From assembly GCA_965218975.1 (NCBI GenBank), contig OZ244717.1, forward strand, positions 1,312,001-1,376,000: DNA of 64,000 nucleotides, in the 5' to 3' direction. The notes beneath the pieces are model-generated. The model saw only the letters and a list, made by a program, of their open reading frames with translations. It made no database searches and was not told where the DNA came from. Of this stretch, positions 1-10,754 are shown in pieces (within the stretch, counting starts at the first letter, position 1; each line of letters opens with the position of its first letter). Position numbers and translations under genes: made by a program. The stretch comes from Candidatus Oxydemutatoraceae bacterium (GTDB lineage: Bacteria; Pseudomonadota; Gammaproteobacteria; Poriferisulfidales; Oxydemutatoraceae).

Positions 1-1
1 G

Positions 2-469
2 CTTGCTAAGATGCCGCCGGAGATACGGCCGCAAGTTAAGCACCAAACCGGCAAAAATAAACTGCATGATACATATCATGAAATGCAGAGAAATAAAGTC
101 GAGATGGAGCTATTCGAATTTTGTGATGAAATGTCTTGCCTATATGCGTGGGCAGACTTGGTGTTGTGCCGTGCGGGTGCATTATCCGTAGCGGAATTAA
201 TCGCCGTCGGCATCGCAGCAATTCTGGTGCCGTACCCTTTCTCAGTCGATGGCCATCAACATACCAATGCTCAATATTTAGCGGAAGCGGGTGCGGCGTA
301 TGTTGTGGAGGAAGATCACTTTACTCCGATCAAACTAGCCGGGTTGTTGCAGCGGTTTTCAGAAACACGTGGTGAATTATTAAAAATGGCAAAGGCTGCA
401 AGGAGACTAGCTTGTCCGCAAGCGGCGCAAAACATCGGGCGAATCTGCCTTGAGGAGATGCGGACATGA
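2..469 (+). CDS. murG: MurG UDP-GlcNAc:lipid I transferase, C-terminal part (runs off the left edge)
   Basis: Motifs ADLVLCRAGALSVAEL, AILVPYP and HQ..NA; frame is open to the window edge; lies directly before murC. Confidence 0.95.
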   Translation, partial: LAKMPPEIRPQVKHQTGKNKLHDTYHEMQRNKVEMELFEFCDEMSCLYAWADLVLCRAGALSVAELIAVGIAAILVPYPFSVDGHQHTNAQYLAEAGAAYVVEEDHFTPIKLAGLLQRFSETRGELLKMAKAARRLACPQAAQNIGRICLEEMRT

Positions 470-1893
470 TGTCGAGCTATCCGACAGATATATCTGAGTT
501 TCCCGGCGCGGTACATTTTGTCGGTATAGGCGGTGCCGGGATGAGCGGAATTGCCGAAGTATTAGTAAATTTGGGTTGTACCGTACAAGGTTCCGACATA
601 GTCGATAGCGCGCTGACTCAATATTTGAAGTCGCTTGGGGTGAAAGTTTTTATCGGGCACCGCGTGGAAAATATTGATGACGCCGAAGTGGTGGTAATTT
701 CTTCGGCAATTACCTCCGATAACCCGGAGCTGTGTGTCGCGCGTGAGCGAAAAATTCCCGTGATGCAACGTGCGGAAATGCTTGCCGAATTGATGCGGTC
801 GCGTTTTGGCATTTCAGTTGCCGGCACGCATGGCAAGACAACGACGACTAGTTTGATTGCAACAGTTTTATCCCACGCCGATTTAGATCCGACCTATGTA
901 GTCGGCGGAAAAGTTGAAGGATTCGGTCGTGCAGGATTAGGCGCAAGTGAATATTTGGTAGTTGAGGCTGATGAGAGCGACGCATCATTTTTGCATCTAA
1001 AGCCGATGATGGCGGTTGTTACTAACATTGATGCCGATCATCTCGGTAGTTATGGTCATAGTTTTGAAGCTTTAAAGGATAGTTTTATTCAATTTATAAC
1101 TAATCTGCCGATTTATGGCATCGCAGTGGTTTGTAATGAAGACCCGGTGTTGCGTGAGTTACAAGAGACGATTCCTCGCCGTTTTCTCACTTATGGCTTC
1201 AGTAAAGATTGTGACATCTATGCTTCGAGGAAGCGCACTGACGGTGTTTTCAGTTTTTTCGAGCTGCGTACACCATGGTCCGAACAAATGGTTGAAGTCT
1301 GTTTAAGTTTGCCTGGCGACCATAATATATTGAATGCATTGGCGGCAATCGGTATTGCTTATCAGTTAGACGCCGATCAGAAAAAAGTTTATGCCGCGCT
1401 GGAAAAGTTTCGCGGAGTGCAAAGGCGCTTCCAAAGTTATGGAGAAATCCCGACAAAGCACGGGAATGTGCGGTTGATCGATGATTACGGACATCACCCG
1501 ACTGAAATTTCTGCGACATACGCAACAGTATGCGACGCTTGGCCGCGAAGGAGGAAAATATTGATTTTCCAGCCGCATCGCTATAGCCGTTTGGATGATC
1601 TGTTTGACGAGTTCAGTAGCATACTTGCGCGCGTTGATCTGTTGTTACTGCTAGATACTTATCCCGCCGGTGAACAAGAGATTCCGGGGGTAAATACCTC
1701 CGCTTTATGTCAAAAGATTTTCACATTAAAAGGAGTACGTCCGATTCATATTAGAAATTTGGAAGAAGTGGCGGCTGCTTTGGAGCAAGTTATACAAGAC
1801 GACGATATCCTCATTACGATGGGGGCCGGCTCAATCAGTAAGTTAGCGGAACAGTTGGCGGATGAATTGAGGTGCAACGATCATGCGGCTTAA
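466..1893 (+). CDS. murC: UDP-N-acetylmuramate--L-alanine ligase
   Basis: HFVGIGGAGMSGIA, AGTHGKTTTTS, VEADESD, DDYGHHPTE, FQPHRYSR. Confidence 0.98.
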   Translation: MMSSYPTDISEFPGAVHFVGIGGAGMSGIAEVLVNLGCTVQGSDIVDSALTQYLKSLGVKVFIGHRVENIDDAEVVVISSAITSDNPELCVARERKIPVMQRAEMLAELMRSRFGISVAGTHGKTTTTSLIATVLSHADLDPTYVVGGKVEGFGRAGLGASEYLVVEADESDASFLHLKPMMAVVTNIDADHLGSYGHSFEALKDSFIQFITNLPIYGIAVVCNEDPVLRELQETIPRRFLTYGFSKDCDIYASRKRTDGVFSFFELRTPWSEQMVEVCLSLPGDHNILNALAAIGIAYQLDADQKKVYAALEKFRGVQRRFQSYGEIPTKHGNVRLIDDYGHHPTEISATYATVCDAWPRRRKILIFQPHRYSRLDDLFDEFSSILARVDLLLLLDTYPAGEQEIPGVNTSALCQKIFTLKGVRPIHIRNLEEVAAALEQVIQDDDILITMGAGSISKLAEQLADELRCNDHAA

Positions 1894-2785
1894 GTGTAAG
1901 GAAAATGAATTATATGGGGAATTGCACTTCAACCATTCGTTGCAAAAGATGAATTCTTGGAAAGTCGGAGGGGCGTCCGATTGTTTTTACTCACCTGCCG
2001 ATATTTCAGATTTGTCCTATTTTCTATGTCATTGTATTGATGACGAACCGGTGATTTTCCTTGGCTTAGGGAGCAATGTGCTCATTCGCGATGTAGGTGT
2101 ACGCGGTGTAGTTATTGCAACCTGCGGAGTGTTGAGTGGAATTAAGCAAGTAGACCGAGAGACCGTTTGTGCCGAAGCGGGTGTGACTTGTGCGCGATTG
2201 GCACGTTATTGCGGTAAGCGAGGATTAGGCGGACTTGAGTTTCTTGCCGGAGTGCCAGGTACGGTTGGTGGCGCATTGGCAATGAATGCCGGTGCATTTG
2301 GTAGTGAAATTTGGGAACGAGTGACGATGGTTGAAATGATTGATCGCCAAGGCCGTCTATATCAACGTATTCCTGCAGAATTTGACGTTGATTATCGTAG
2401 CGTCAGATGGCGACGGGAAGAATGGTTTGTCGCCGGTTATTTTAAGTTGCCTCCCGAACTCGCTGAACAATTGCATAACACAATGCGAAATTTGCTTAAG
2501 CGGAGAAATGCTTCGCAACCGGTTAGTCAATTCAATTGCGGTTCGGTTTTTAGGAACCCTAAAAATGATTATGCCGGACACCTGATAGAAATTTGCGGAT
2601 TAAAAGGTTATACCATCGGTGATGCGCAAGTCTCAGAAGAGCATGCTAATTTTATTATCAATAATGGAAATGCCAGTGCGGCGGATATTGAGCGACTCAT
2701 TTATCACATGCAGTCGGTAGTCGCGCAAAAAACGGGCATTGAATTAACTCTTGAAGTCAAAATTATCGGAGGCGAAAGGTGTTAG
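1883..2785 (+). CDS. murB: UDP-N-acetylenolpyruvoylglucosamine reductase
   Basis: LGLGSNVL, GVPGTVGGALAMNAGA, CGSVFRNP, HANFIIN. Confidence 0.97.
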   Translation: MRLKCKENELYGELHFNHSLQKMNSWKVGGASDCFYSPADISDLSYFLCHCIDDEPVIFLGLGSNVLIRDVGVRGVVIATCGVLSGIKQVDRETVCAEAGVTCARLARYCGKRGLGGLEFLAGVPGTVGGALAMNAGAFGSEIWERVTMVEMIDRQGRLYQRIPAEFDVDYRSVRWRREEWFVAGYFKLPPELAEQLHNTMRNLLKRRNASQPVSQFNCGSVFRNPKNDYAGHLIEICGLKGYTIGDAQVSEEHANFIINNGNASAADIERLIYHMQSVVAQKTGIELTLEVKIIGGERC

Positions 2786-3732
2786 ACAAAAATACCTTTG
2801 GTAAAGTTGCGGTAGTGTACGGCGGCTGGTCATCGGAGCGCGAAATTTCCTTACAGAGCGGGAAGTCGGTACTAGAAAGCTTGCTGCAATCAGGTGTGCA
2901 AGCAGTAGGGCTGGATGTTAAGGATTCCGCCGATTTTCAGCAGGCTTTAAATGAAGTTCGCCCCGATCGTGTTTTTATTGCGTTACATGGGAAAGGTGGC
3001 GAAGATGGTGTTATTCAAGGACTTCTTGAAGCGATGCGGATTCCGTATACCGGCAGCGGTATTTTGGGGACTTCTTTGTCGATTAATAAGTTGGCAAGTA
3101 AATGTATTTGGCAGAATAAGCGTTTGCCGACCCCGGAATTTATTGATTTGGGTGAGGGCTTTGATGTAGAAAATGTTGTTTCGATTTTGGGTTTGCCTTT
3201 AGCGGTTAAACCTGCTTACGAAGGGTCTAGTATCGGAATCAGTCAAGTTACGACACCGGAAGAATTACGATCGGCATGGGAGTCGGCTCGGCGTCATAGC
3301 GATATTGTATTTGCTGAGCGTTGGGTAGACGGCAATGAATATTCGGTTGCTTTTGTTGGTGACAAAATATTTTCGCCGATTCAATTGCATACATTAAACG
3401 ACTTTTATGATTACCAAGCGAAATATGTAAATAACTGTACAAAATATGTCTGTCCGGCGTCATTATCAGTTGAACGAACGACAGCTTTGCAAACATTGGC
3501 ATGGCGTGCGGCGCAAGCGTTGGGTGTCGACGGTTGGGGGAGAGTTGATCTTCGATGTGATATCAACGGAGACTTTTGGCTACTTGAAGTTAACACTGTT
3601 CCGGGAATGACCAATCACAGTTTAGTACCGATGGCGGCACAAGAGGCTGATCTGGATTTCGAATGCCTGGTACTGAAAATTCTCGCAACCTCCTGCGGTA
3701 GAAAAAATGGCGCGGATATTATTTACTTTTGA
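2779..3732 (+). CDS. ddl: D-alanine--D-alanine ligase
   Basis: GGWSSEREISLQSG, LHGKGGEDG, EGSSIG, FYDYQAKY, LEVNTVPGMT. Confidence 0.97.
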   Translation: MLDKNTFGKVAVVYGGWSSEREISLQSGKSVLESLLQSGVQAVGLDVKDSADFQQALNEVRPDRVFIALHGKGGEDGVIQGLLEAMRIPYTGSGILGTSLSINKLASKCIWQNKRLPTPEFIDLGEGFDVENVVSILGLPLAVKPAYEGSSIGISQVTTPEELRSAWESARRHSDIVFAERWVDGNEYSVAFVGDKIFSPIQLHTLNDFYDYQAKYVNNCTKYVCPASLSVERTTALQTLAWRAAQALGVDGWGRVDLRCDINGDFWLLEVNTVPGMTNHSLVPMAAQEADLDFECLVLKILATSCGRKNGADIIYF

Positions 3733-4435
3733 AAAGATGATGTTTGCAATAATTGTCATTGTCTTAGTAACGTTGATTATTTACCAATCGCCGCAGTGGT
3801 ATGCCACATTATTTCCGGGGATTCGGCGGGTGCATATTGAAGGTAATTTCATTCATATCGACCGGCTTAGGATTGAGAAAGTTATTGATCAAGCAACCGG
3901 CGGCGGATTTTTTGAAATTGACCCGGCCGCGATAGAACAGCAGTTGAAACGTATTAACTGGGTCAAAGATGCTTGGGTCTATCGCATTTGGCCACGTACT
4001 TTATCGATTGTTTTGGAAGAGCGTGATCCGGTCGCATACTGGGGAGAGTCTGCCTTGCTTGATACGCAAGCTAAGGTTTTTTATCCCGAACAAATCGACA
4101 TGCGGCAATTGCCGATGATTCAAGGTGTGCCCGGGCGGGAAAAATTCTTGCTTGACACCTATAAACGAATGAATAAACGTTTGGCTGCACTTGATCTTTC
4201 AATTCAATTTCTGAAGGAATCCGATCGTCGGTCACTACATTTGATTTTGAGCAACGGTTGGGCGTTGCAGTTGGGGCGGCAGCAATGGGACGAGCGCTTA
4301 ACACGCTTTATTACGGTTTATCCTGTCGCGCTTAGTGATACGTCTGATGTGCGTCTGCACAATATTCAGTGCATGGATTTCAGGTATGTCGGTAGTTTTG
4401 CCGTTAGTAAACAAAGACAGGAATGCTATCAGTAA
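3707..4435 (+). CDS. ftsQ: Cell division protein FtsQ/DivIB
   Basis: N-terminal TM, POTRA segment WVKDAWVYRIWP..L.I.LEER.PVA.W, C-terminal DFRY; lies between ddl and ftsA. Confidence 0.92.
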   Translation: MARILFTFEKMMFAIIVIVLVTLIIYQSPQWYATLFPGIRRVHIEGNFIHIDRLRIEKVIDQATGGGFFEIDPAAIEQQLKRINWVKDAWVYRIWPRTLSIVLEERDPVAYWGESALLDTQAKVFYPEQIDMRQLPMIQGVPGREKFLLDTYKRMNKRLAALDLSIQFLKESDRRSLHLILSNGWALQLGRQQWDERLTRFITVYPVALSDTSDVRLHNIQCMDFRYVGSFAVSKQRQECYQ

Positions 4436-4442
4436 AAGTTCT

Positions 4443-5696
4443 ATGATGAAAATAAAAAATAATCTGGCGATGGATCGTGATCACATTGTTGCATTGGATA
4501 TTGGCACCAGCAAAATTGCTGCAATTGCGGGGCGAGTGCGAGACGACGCTACCGTAGAAATACTTGCGGTTGGTATGACACCGTCGCAGGGGCTTAAAAA
4601 GGGTGTTATTGTCAATATTGAGCAAGCGGTTGAATCAATACAGGCAGCGATTAAAGAAGTCGAAATTATGGCCGAAATTCCGGTGAGTTCGGTTTGTGTC
4701 GGTGTAACGGGGGATCATATAAAAAGCCTCAATGGTGACGGAGTGGCGCCAATCAAAGATGATGAAGTAACTCAGTACGATGTTGATCGGGCGATTGAAA
4801 CCGCTCAGGCAATTCAGCTACCTGTCGATCAAACTATCCTGCATGTTTTACCGCGTGATTTCAGGATTGATGATCAGCAAGATATTAAAGATCCGATCGG
4901 CATGTCTGGCTACCGCTTACATGCTAATGTGCACATAGTGACCGGCGGCGTACATCCGATCGAGAATATCAAAAAATGTGTTAAGCGATGCGGCTTGGAA
5001 GTTGTTGACATTGTTCTTGAGCAGATTGCTTCTAGTCTTTCAGTTCTAATTGACGATGAAAGAGAATTGGGAGTTTGTTTAGTAGATATCGGCGGTGGTA
5101 CTTCGGATATCGCAGTGTTTGACAAAGGTGCCGCAGTTTATACATCCGTCATTCCTATCGGTGGTGATCATGTCACACATGATGTTACCGTAACACTGAG
5201 AACTCCGACTAAAAATGCCGAAGAAATCAAACTTCAGTACGGCTGCGCATTGGAAAGTCTTGCCAGAGAAAATGAAACGGTCGAAGTACCTGGTGTTGCC
5301 GGTCGTCTTGCCTCTCGATCCGAACGACGTCTTTTGGTGAAGGTAATCGAAATGCGTTATGAAGAGTTATTTGAATTCGTCGTTCGTGAATTAAAAAGAA
5401 ATGGGTTGGAACAAATTCCGGTAACCGGCATTGTGCTAACCGGCGGCGGTTCAAAAATAGAAGGAGTCACCGAATTGGCGGAGAAAGTCTTTAATGCACC
5501 GGTTCGAATCGGTCGTCCGCAGCAGGAAAAAATCATCGGTTTGACGGAAGTGATTAATAATCCGATTCATGCGACGGGTGTCGGGTTATTACTCTATGTA
5601 AATGGTTTGCTTGAACAGCACAAGATGATTGATGAAGGAACGGGTATCGGCAAAGCATGGCATAAATTGAGCAATTGGGTTAGCCAGAATTTTTAA
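4443..5696 (+). CDS. ftsA: Cell division protein FtsA
   Basis: ALDIGTSKI, VDIGGGTSD, VLTGGGS, C-terminal amphipathic helix; start taken at ATG 4443 rather than the 4335 ORF start. Confidence 0.97.
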   Translation: MMKIKNNLAMDRDHIVALDIGTSKIAAIAGRVRDDATVEILAVGMTPSQGLKKGVIVNIEQAVESIQAAIKEVEIMAEIPVSSVCVGVTGDHIKSLNGDGVAPIKDDEVTQYDVDRAIETAQAIQLPVDQTILHVLPRDFRIDDQQDIKDPIGMSGYRLHANVHIVTGGVHPIENIKKCVKRCGLEVVDIVLEQIASSLSVLIDDERELGVCLVDIGGGTSDIAVFDKGAAVYTSVIPIGGDHVTHDVTVTLRTPTKNAEEIKLQYGCALESLARENETVEVPGVAGRLASRSERRLLVKVIEMRYEELFEFVVRELKRNGLEQIPVTGIVLTGGGSKIEGVTELAEKVFNAPVRIGRPQQEKIIGLTEVINNPIHATGVGLLLYVNGLLEQHKMIDEGTGIGKAWHKLSNWVSQNF

Positions 5697-5727
5697 TCTT
5701 TAACTTTAACAAATAGGAGGACAGAAA

Positions 5728-6912
5728 ATGTTCACGCTTATTGAAAATATACAACCGCGTAATACAGCAGTTATTAAGGTTATTGGCGTCGGTGGCGGCG
5801 GTTGCAACACTTTGGACTATATGGTTGATGTTCCAATTGAAGGTGTTGATCTGATCGCCGCGAATACTGACGCTCAAACATTGACCAAATCGGCATTGCA
5901 ACAAATTCCGGAGGGCATTTGTCTACAATTGGGCGAGAGCGTAACCGGCGGTCTAGGTGCGGGTTGTAATCCGGAAATCGGAAAAGCAGCGGCGATAGAA
6001 GATCGTGAAAAAATTCAGGAGACGCTGGCAGGTGCCGATATGGTGTTTATTGCCGCAGGCATGGGCGGCGGCACCGGCACCGGCGCAACACCGGTAATCG
6101 CCGAAATTGCGCGAGCAAACAGCAGTTTAACAATTGCGGTCGTGACGAAGCCATTTGCTTTGGAAGGGCAGAAACGGATGGATGCCGCACTCGCTGGTAT
6201 TCAAGAATTATCCCGGCATGTGGATTCGCTGATTACTATCCCCAACGAGAAATTACTTTCCGTATTGGGAGATGTGCTGATGCAAGATGCATGCATTCAA
6301 GTCGATAAAATACTACATAACGCGGTGCAGGGGATCGCCGAACTCATTACACGTCGTGGACGATTTAATAACCTCGATTTTGCCGATGTGAAAACGGTCA
6401 TGCGAGAGACAGGTGCCGCCATGATTGGTGTCGGTTTTGCGAATGGTGAAAACCGCGCTTATGAAGCGGCGCAGGCGGCGGTTAGCAATCCATTGCTTGA
6501 TGATATTGATTTGTCTAATGTGCAGGGCTTATTAGTGAATATAACTGCCGGTAATGACTTTCGCTTAAAAGAGTATCAGGAGATTGCCGAATGTATGCAT
6601 GGCTTGGCAGCGCGGGATGCCAATATGGTTATCGGGCAAGTTGTTGATGACAAAGTAGAAGATGAGGTGCGTGTTACTTTAGTTGCCACGGGGCTGGATA
6701 ATGCGATGATGCCCGGTGCATTGATCAACGAGAAGGTTTCAATATTGACGTTGCCGACGGTGGATGCCGCGGTAGGGCAGATTTCTTCCGACAACCGGCA
6801 ATCCGCATCGGTAGCGCGTGAAGATGTAGCGAATAGTAAATCGCAGACGGATAATTCCGAGTATCAAGATTATCTTGATATACCGACATTTTTACGTCAG
6901 CAGGTAGATTAG
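5728..6912 (+). CDS. ftsZ: Cell division protein FtsZ
   Basis: IKVIGVGGGG, GMGGGTGTG tubulin signature, NLDFADV, C-terminal LDIPTFLRQQ; AGGAGG RBS upstream. Confidence 0.98.
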   Translation: MFTLIENIQPRNTAVIKVIGVGGGGCNTLDYMVDVPIEGVDLIAANTDAQTLTKSALQQIPEGICLQLGESVTGGLGAGCNPEIGKAAAIEDREKIQETLAGADMVFIAAGMGGGTGTGATPVIAEIARANSSLTIAVVTKPFALEGQKRMDAALAGIQELSRHVDSLITIPNEKLLSVLGDVLMQDACIQVDKILHNAVQGIAELITRRGRFNNLDFADVKTVMRETGAAMIGVGFANGENRAYEAAQAAVSNPLLDDIDLSNVQGLLVNITAGNDFRLKEYQEIAECMHGLAARDANMVIGQVVDDKVEDEVRVTLVATGLDNAMMPGALINEKVSILTLPTVDAAVGQISSDNRQSASVAREDVANSKSQTDNSEYQDYLDIPTFLRQQVD

Positions 6913-7366
6913 TAAGGTATTGTTATATATTGAAAGGAGGGCTAAATGGAAATTGAATAATCATGGCTGTAAATAACCGTTAGCCTTTATATCGGCGGGC
7001 GTTTCAGGTATAAGTAAATATGAGACGTAGGGAAAGAAGCGCAATTTGGGGAACAATTTTACCTGATGAGAAGGTATTGAGTGAAAAGTGAGAGAAAACG
7101 CTACTAGTCGGATAAAAAGCTTGCGGTCACGTAGTTAATTTTCAGTAGTTCCGAGATGATCCCGAATCTGAGATTTATCGACCCGCATAACTTTATTCGA
7201 GGTTTTACTTCTCATTATTCACACCAGCTTCCCTTAAAAATTTAAGGTTGATATCACCTCACTTAATCTTGACAATTCGGACACTCACTTTTTTACTTTA
7301 TTAGTTAAAGAGGCGCCGGCTGACAATCTCTTGGGTTTTGATTTTATATGTTGCAATTTCTATTGC

Positions 7367-8206
7367 TTAGCTTGGTATGAGTAATATTTCACCCAGTCCG
7401 CCGACGGTTAAGTCACCAACACATCGTTGTATCTGATACTCTAAAGGAATGGACTCAAATGCAGAGTCCAAAGTTTGAATATGCCTTAACATCAATGCCA
7501 TAAATACAATTTCTTGTTCGATAGGCTCGCTAAAATAATCCACTTCCGAGAAATTAATATTTCCTGCAACGATTAAACTGCCGCGGCGCATTCCGATACC
7601 AAAATGCGCACCGATTTCGCCTAGTACTACAATACTTCCGGCAATCATACGCGAAGCACAGTATTCATCAACCTCCCCGCTAACAATCATCATTCCACGT
7701 CGCATTCGGTCGCCAAGGCGTTTGCCGGCATTACCGTGAATGATGACAGTGCCGCCACACTGTCCTTGCATTCTGCCTGCTTGGGGCGCCCCCGCATAAT
7801 CGCCGACATTACCATATATATCCAATCGTCCGTTACGCATTGCCGATGCAAGATAGTTGCCGGCATTGCCGTTGAGCCGTAAGTTCCCTCCCGATAATTT
7901 ATATGCGAAATAATCACCGGCATTTCCTTCGACAACCATCTCGCCGCTACTCATTTGCGCCCCGACATAGTCCAGTTGCTCGCAGCTATTAATCAACATC
8001 AGTTTGTCCGGTTCGCCTAGCGTTATATCAAACAATTCTCCAAGTCGGTATATACCGCTTGTCGTTTTTAGCATGATCTTTAGCACGGTCTTAGCGGAAG
8101 TAAGACATTGCTGCGGAGTAATTGGCGACATATCAATCCTAAAACTTCTATCCGAGATGAGTTGCTTATAACTCAATATCATTTGCTTTAACCCATAATT
8201 TCCCAT
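7367..8206 (-). CDS. fhcC: Formyltransferase/hydrolase complex subunit C (FwdC-like)
   Basis: GXGXG beta-helix repeats (GNAGDY, GDRMRRG, ASRMIAG, GIGMRRG); real start may be ATG 8182. Confidence 0.93.
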   Translation of the reverse strand: MGNYGLKQMILSYKQLISDRSFRIDMSPITPQQCLTSAKTVLKIMLKTTSGIYRLGELFDITLGEPDKLMLINSCEQLDYVGAQMSSGEMVVEGNAGDYFAYKLSGGNLRLNGNAGNYLASAMRNGRLDIYGNVGDYAGAPQAGRMQGQCGGTVIIHGNAGKRLGDRMRRGMMIVSGEVDEYCASRMIAGSIVVLGEIGAHFGIGMRRGSLIVAGNINFSEVDYFSEPIEQEIVFMALMLRHIQTLDSAFESIPLEYQIQRCVGDLTVGGLGEILLIPS

Positions 8207-9105
8207 AAGTGGAAATGGTACTTACCTAACTTGCCGCCGTAGTTGCCGGCGGTGATGCCGGTGATTCCTTTCCTAATGCCTAAGTTGCATACCGCTTCAA
8301 TGCCGAGCCGCATTGCGTCAATCACATTTTGTACGTTGAGTCCGTCAATCACTACTTCCATGACTGCTTGTGTGCCCGCTGGTAATTTTGAATCGACGAC
8401 GCCTTTTAATGTCGGGCAATATTGTTCATGAGTGGAGGCAGTGAGCGCTGCATATTTCGATCCGACTTTTGATCCGGAGCGGACGCCGCCGCCAGGGAAA
8501 GGAAGAATGATTCCGTTTAAAGTGCTAATGGCTTCTATCGCCGCTTCACAAGCGTGTAAAGCTTGTATTTGGGATCGCGCAAGCATCAAAAAGTTGCCAC
8601 CGCCGACTGCTTTAGCCGCACAGGTTGTCTCCTCGCAAAGAAATTCGCCATCCATCACCGGCACTCGCCAATAGCGCTTGCCGTTAATGACTTTAGATAG
8701 CTGGTAACCGTCGCCAAAATATCGGATGCCTGCGCCCATCGGAATTTCTTCGCCTTCATCTAGTCCGGAAAACACTGCTGTCGTCGGGCAAGTCAGAACA
8801 CATTGCCCAAGGCGAACTACCAATTGCTTTGCAAGCATTGACTGCGATGTCGAGAATAGCAGAACGGAAACTCCGACCCTGCCATCGGGAGTCTCCGTGG
8901 TAGGCACTAAGCGCTCGATACCCGCTTCAATGTCACAACCGATCACCGATGAAGCAAATCCGGTCATCATCTTGGCGGCATTATAAGCCCAAGTTTCGTT
9001 GATTGCGGTAATCAAAATCCGTGTTGCAAACATTCCGAAACCTTCGGCGAAAGTGTCTTCAAGTTTGACACCGTTGATAACGATCCCTTCTAAGGGGACA
9101 GACAT
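8188..9105 (-). CDS. fhcD: Formylmethanofuran--H4MPT N-formyltransferase (Fhc subunit D)
   Basis: INGV..EDTFAEGF, ETPDGRVG, GQCVLTCPTT, VRSGSKVGSKY, AGNYGGKLG. Confidence 0.96.
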   Translation of the reverse strand: MSVPLEGIVINGVKLEDTFAEGFGMFATRILITAINETWAYNAAKMMTGFASSVIGCDIEAGIERLVPTTETPDGRVGVSVLLFSTSQSMLAKQLVVRLGQCVLTCPTTAVFSGLDEGEEIPMGAGIRYFGDGYQLSKVINGKRYWRVPVMDGEFLCEETTCAAKAVGGGNFLMLARSQIQALHACEAAIEAISTLNGIILPFPGGGVRSGSKVGSKYAALTASTHEQYCPTLKGVVDSKLPAGTQAVMEVVIDGLNVQNVIDAMRLGIEAVCNLGIRKGITGITAGNYGGKLGKYHFHLWEIMG

Positions 9106-10754
9106 TCTTCAACCACTATTTGACTCCCGATTAATTCAACCATTTCATCGGAACTGATTGCGGCATTTTTATATTGCATGCAGCGGTAGCGATCAAAATG
9201 CGGTCTGATGTACTTCTCAATCGATCGATCGTAATCAGGTTTTATCACATGTGTATAAGTTGTCGGAATTGCTTTGATTCGACCGTCTTCAACCGCTAAT
9301 TCCCCATTTTTGAATACATAAACCGGATGGCTAAACATTACTTCAACATTATCGCAGGGTTGATAAACGGTGATATCGGCATCCGCTCCGACCCCTAAGT
9401 GTCCTTTTCCGCTAAGACCGAGAATTTTTGCCGGAGCGGCACGTGTCATAATCGCGATTTCATACAATGAGTATTCTCGGTCAAGCGATGACAAGTGCGA
9501 CATCTTGGCGGCAGCCGGATGGATGGCGGCAAGCATGTCACCGCGAAAACTTTTATCCATCAATAGACGGATTAGATGCGGGTAGCTGGTGAATGGCGCA
9601 CCGTTGGGATGGTCGGTAGTCAAAAATATTCGCCACGGATCGTTCACCATTAAAAATATTTCCAACCCGATTGCCCATTGTAGTGCGTTGACGAAATTTT
9701 TGTCTTTGTATTTAAATGGTACGATGCCGCACCCTGCTTCACATTCAATATCAACAATAGTCCATTTTTTTGGTGAGGCATGAATATGCTGAGAGTACTG
9801 CCTCATTGAATCGCCTGATACGGTAATAGTTTGGCCGAACATAATCTGACCGACATCGGCGGTTACATTCGCGTTTGCATTAATCAGTTCGGCAATTTGT
9901 GCGGCGCTTGATGAAAAGCCACGTTTTCCCTCATTGCCATAACTGTGAAATTGTACATGCGCTAAGTGTATGCGGTGTCCGTTGGCGGCTTTGACCGTCT
10001 CTATCGTAGAGTGGTAATTGCCCGCGCTACCTAAGTTGCTGGCATGGACATGCAACGGATGGGGAATGCGAAGCGCATCCACTGTACGTGCTAAGGTTTG
10101 GATGATGTCACGAGGTGTCAAAGGATAGTGCGTGGTTTGCGTATCAACATCTAGTTTGCGCTGGTTAAATTTGAATGCGTTGATTCCACCGGGATTGACA
10201 ACTTTGATACCGATACATTGCGTTGCATCTAACACCCATGCCACATAACTTCGGATTATTTCCGGATCGGTACCGGTGGCAAGCATGTCCAGGAAAATAT
10301 CGTCGTTACCCAACATCACATAACCACCGGTATCAATCATCGGTATATCCGCCATCTCTATGTGTGCATGTCGGGCATTGACCGGAACGATCGCAGGTTC
10401 AAAACATGCGGTATAACCCATTTGTGCATAGCGATAGCCGGTCACCGCTGTCGTCGGAGTGATGTTTCCGCAGCCTGAGCGTGAGAGATTATCGGCAACC
10501 CATAAATTATTCGTGTGGTCTTCGGGCATCATTACTCGAGCAATATTGCCTTTTCCGCCGCCGATATGTGTATGCATGTCGATTGCTCCGGCCATGACGA
10601 TTTTGCCGCTGATGTCGTACTCCTTTATTTTGCTGTTGTCGTTTGATTCGGGAGGAAGGGCGATTTTTCCATCGCAGATATAAATGTCACGTATTTCGCC
10701 GTCCGTTTTAGACATCGGATCATAGATTTTGCCGCCGGTCAGCTTAATTAACAT
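9090..10754 (-). CDS. fhcA: Formyltransferase/hydrolase complex subunit A (amidohydrolase, FwdA-like)
   Basis: IDMHTHIGGGK, KVVNPGG, PHPLHVHASNLG, LTTDHPNGAPF. Confidence 0.96.
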   Translation of the reverse strand: MLIKLTGGKIYDPMSKTDGEIRDIYICDGKIALPPESNDNSKIKEYDISGKIVMAGAIDMHTHIGGGKGNIARVMMPEDHTNNLWVADNLSRSGCGNITPTTAVTGYRYAQMGYTACFEPAIVPVNARHAHIEMADIPMIDTGGYVMLGNDDIFLDMLATGTDPEIIRSYVAWVLDATQCIGIKVVNPGGINAFKFNQRKLDVDTQTTHYPLTPRDIIQTLARTVDALRIPHPLHVHASNLGSAGNYHSTIETVKAANGHRIHLAHVQFHSYGNEGKRGFSSSAAQIAELINANANVTADVGQIMFGQTITVSGDSMRQYSQHIHASPKKWTIVDIECEAGCGIVPFKYKDKNFVNALQWAIGLEIFLMVNDPWRIFLTTDHPNGAPFTSYPHLIRLLMDKSFRGDMLAAIHPAAAKMSHLSSLDREYSLYEIAIMTRAAPAKILGLSGKGHLGVGADADITVYQPCDNVEVMFSHPVYVFKNGELAVEDGRIKAIPTTYTHVIKPDYDRSIEKYIRPHFDRYRCMQYKNAAISSDEMVELIGSQIVVEECLSP

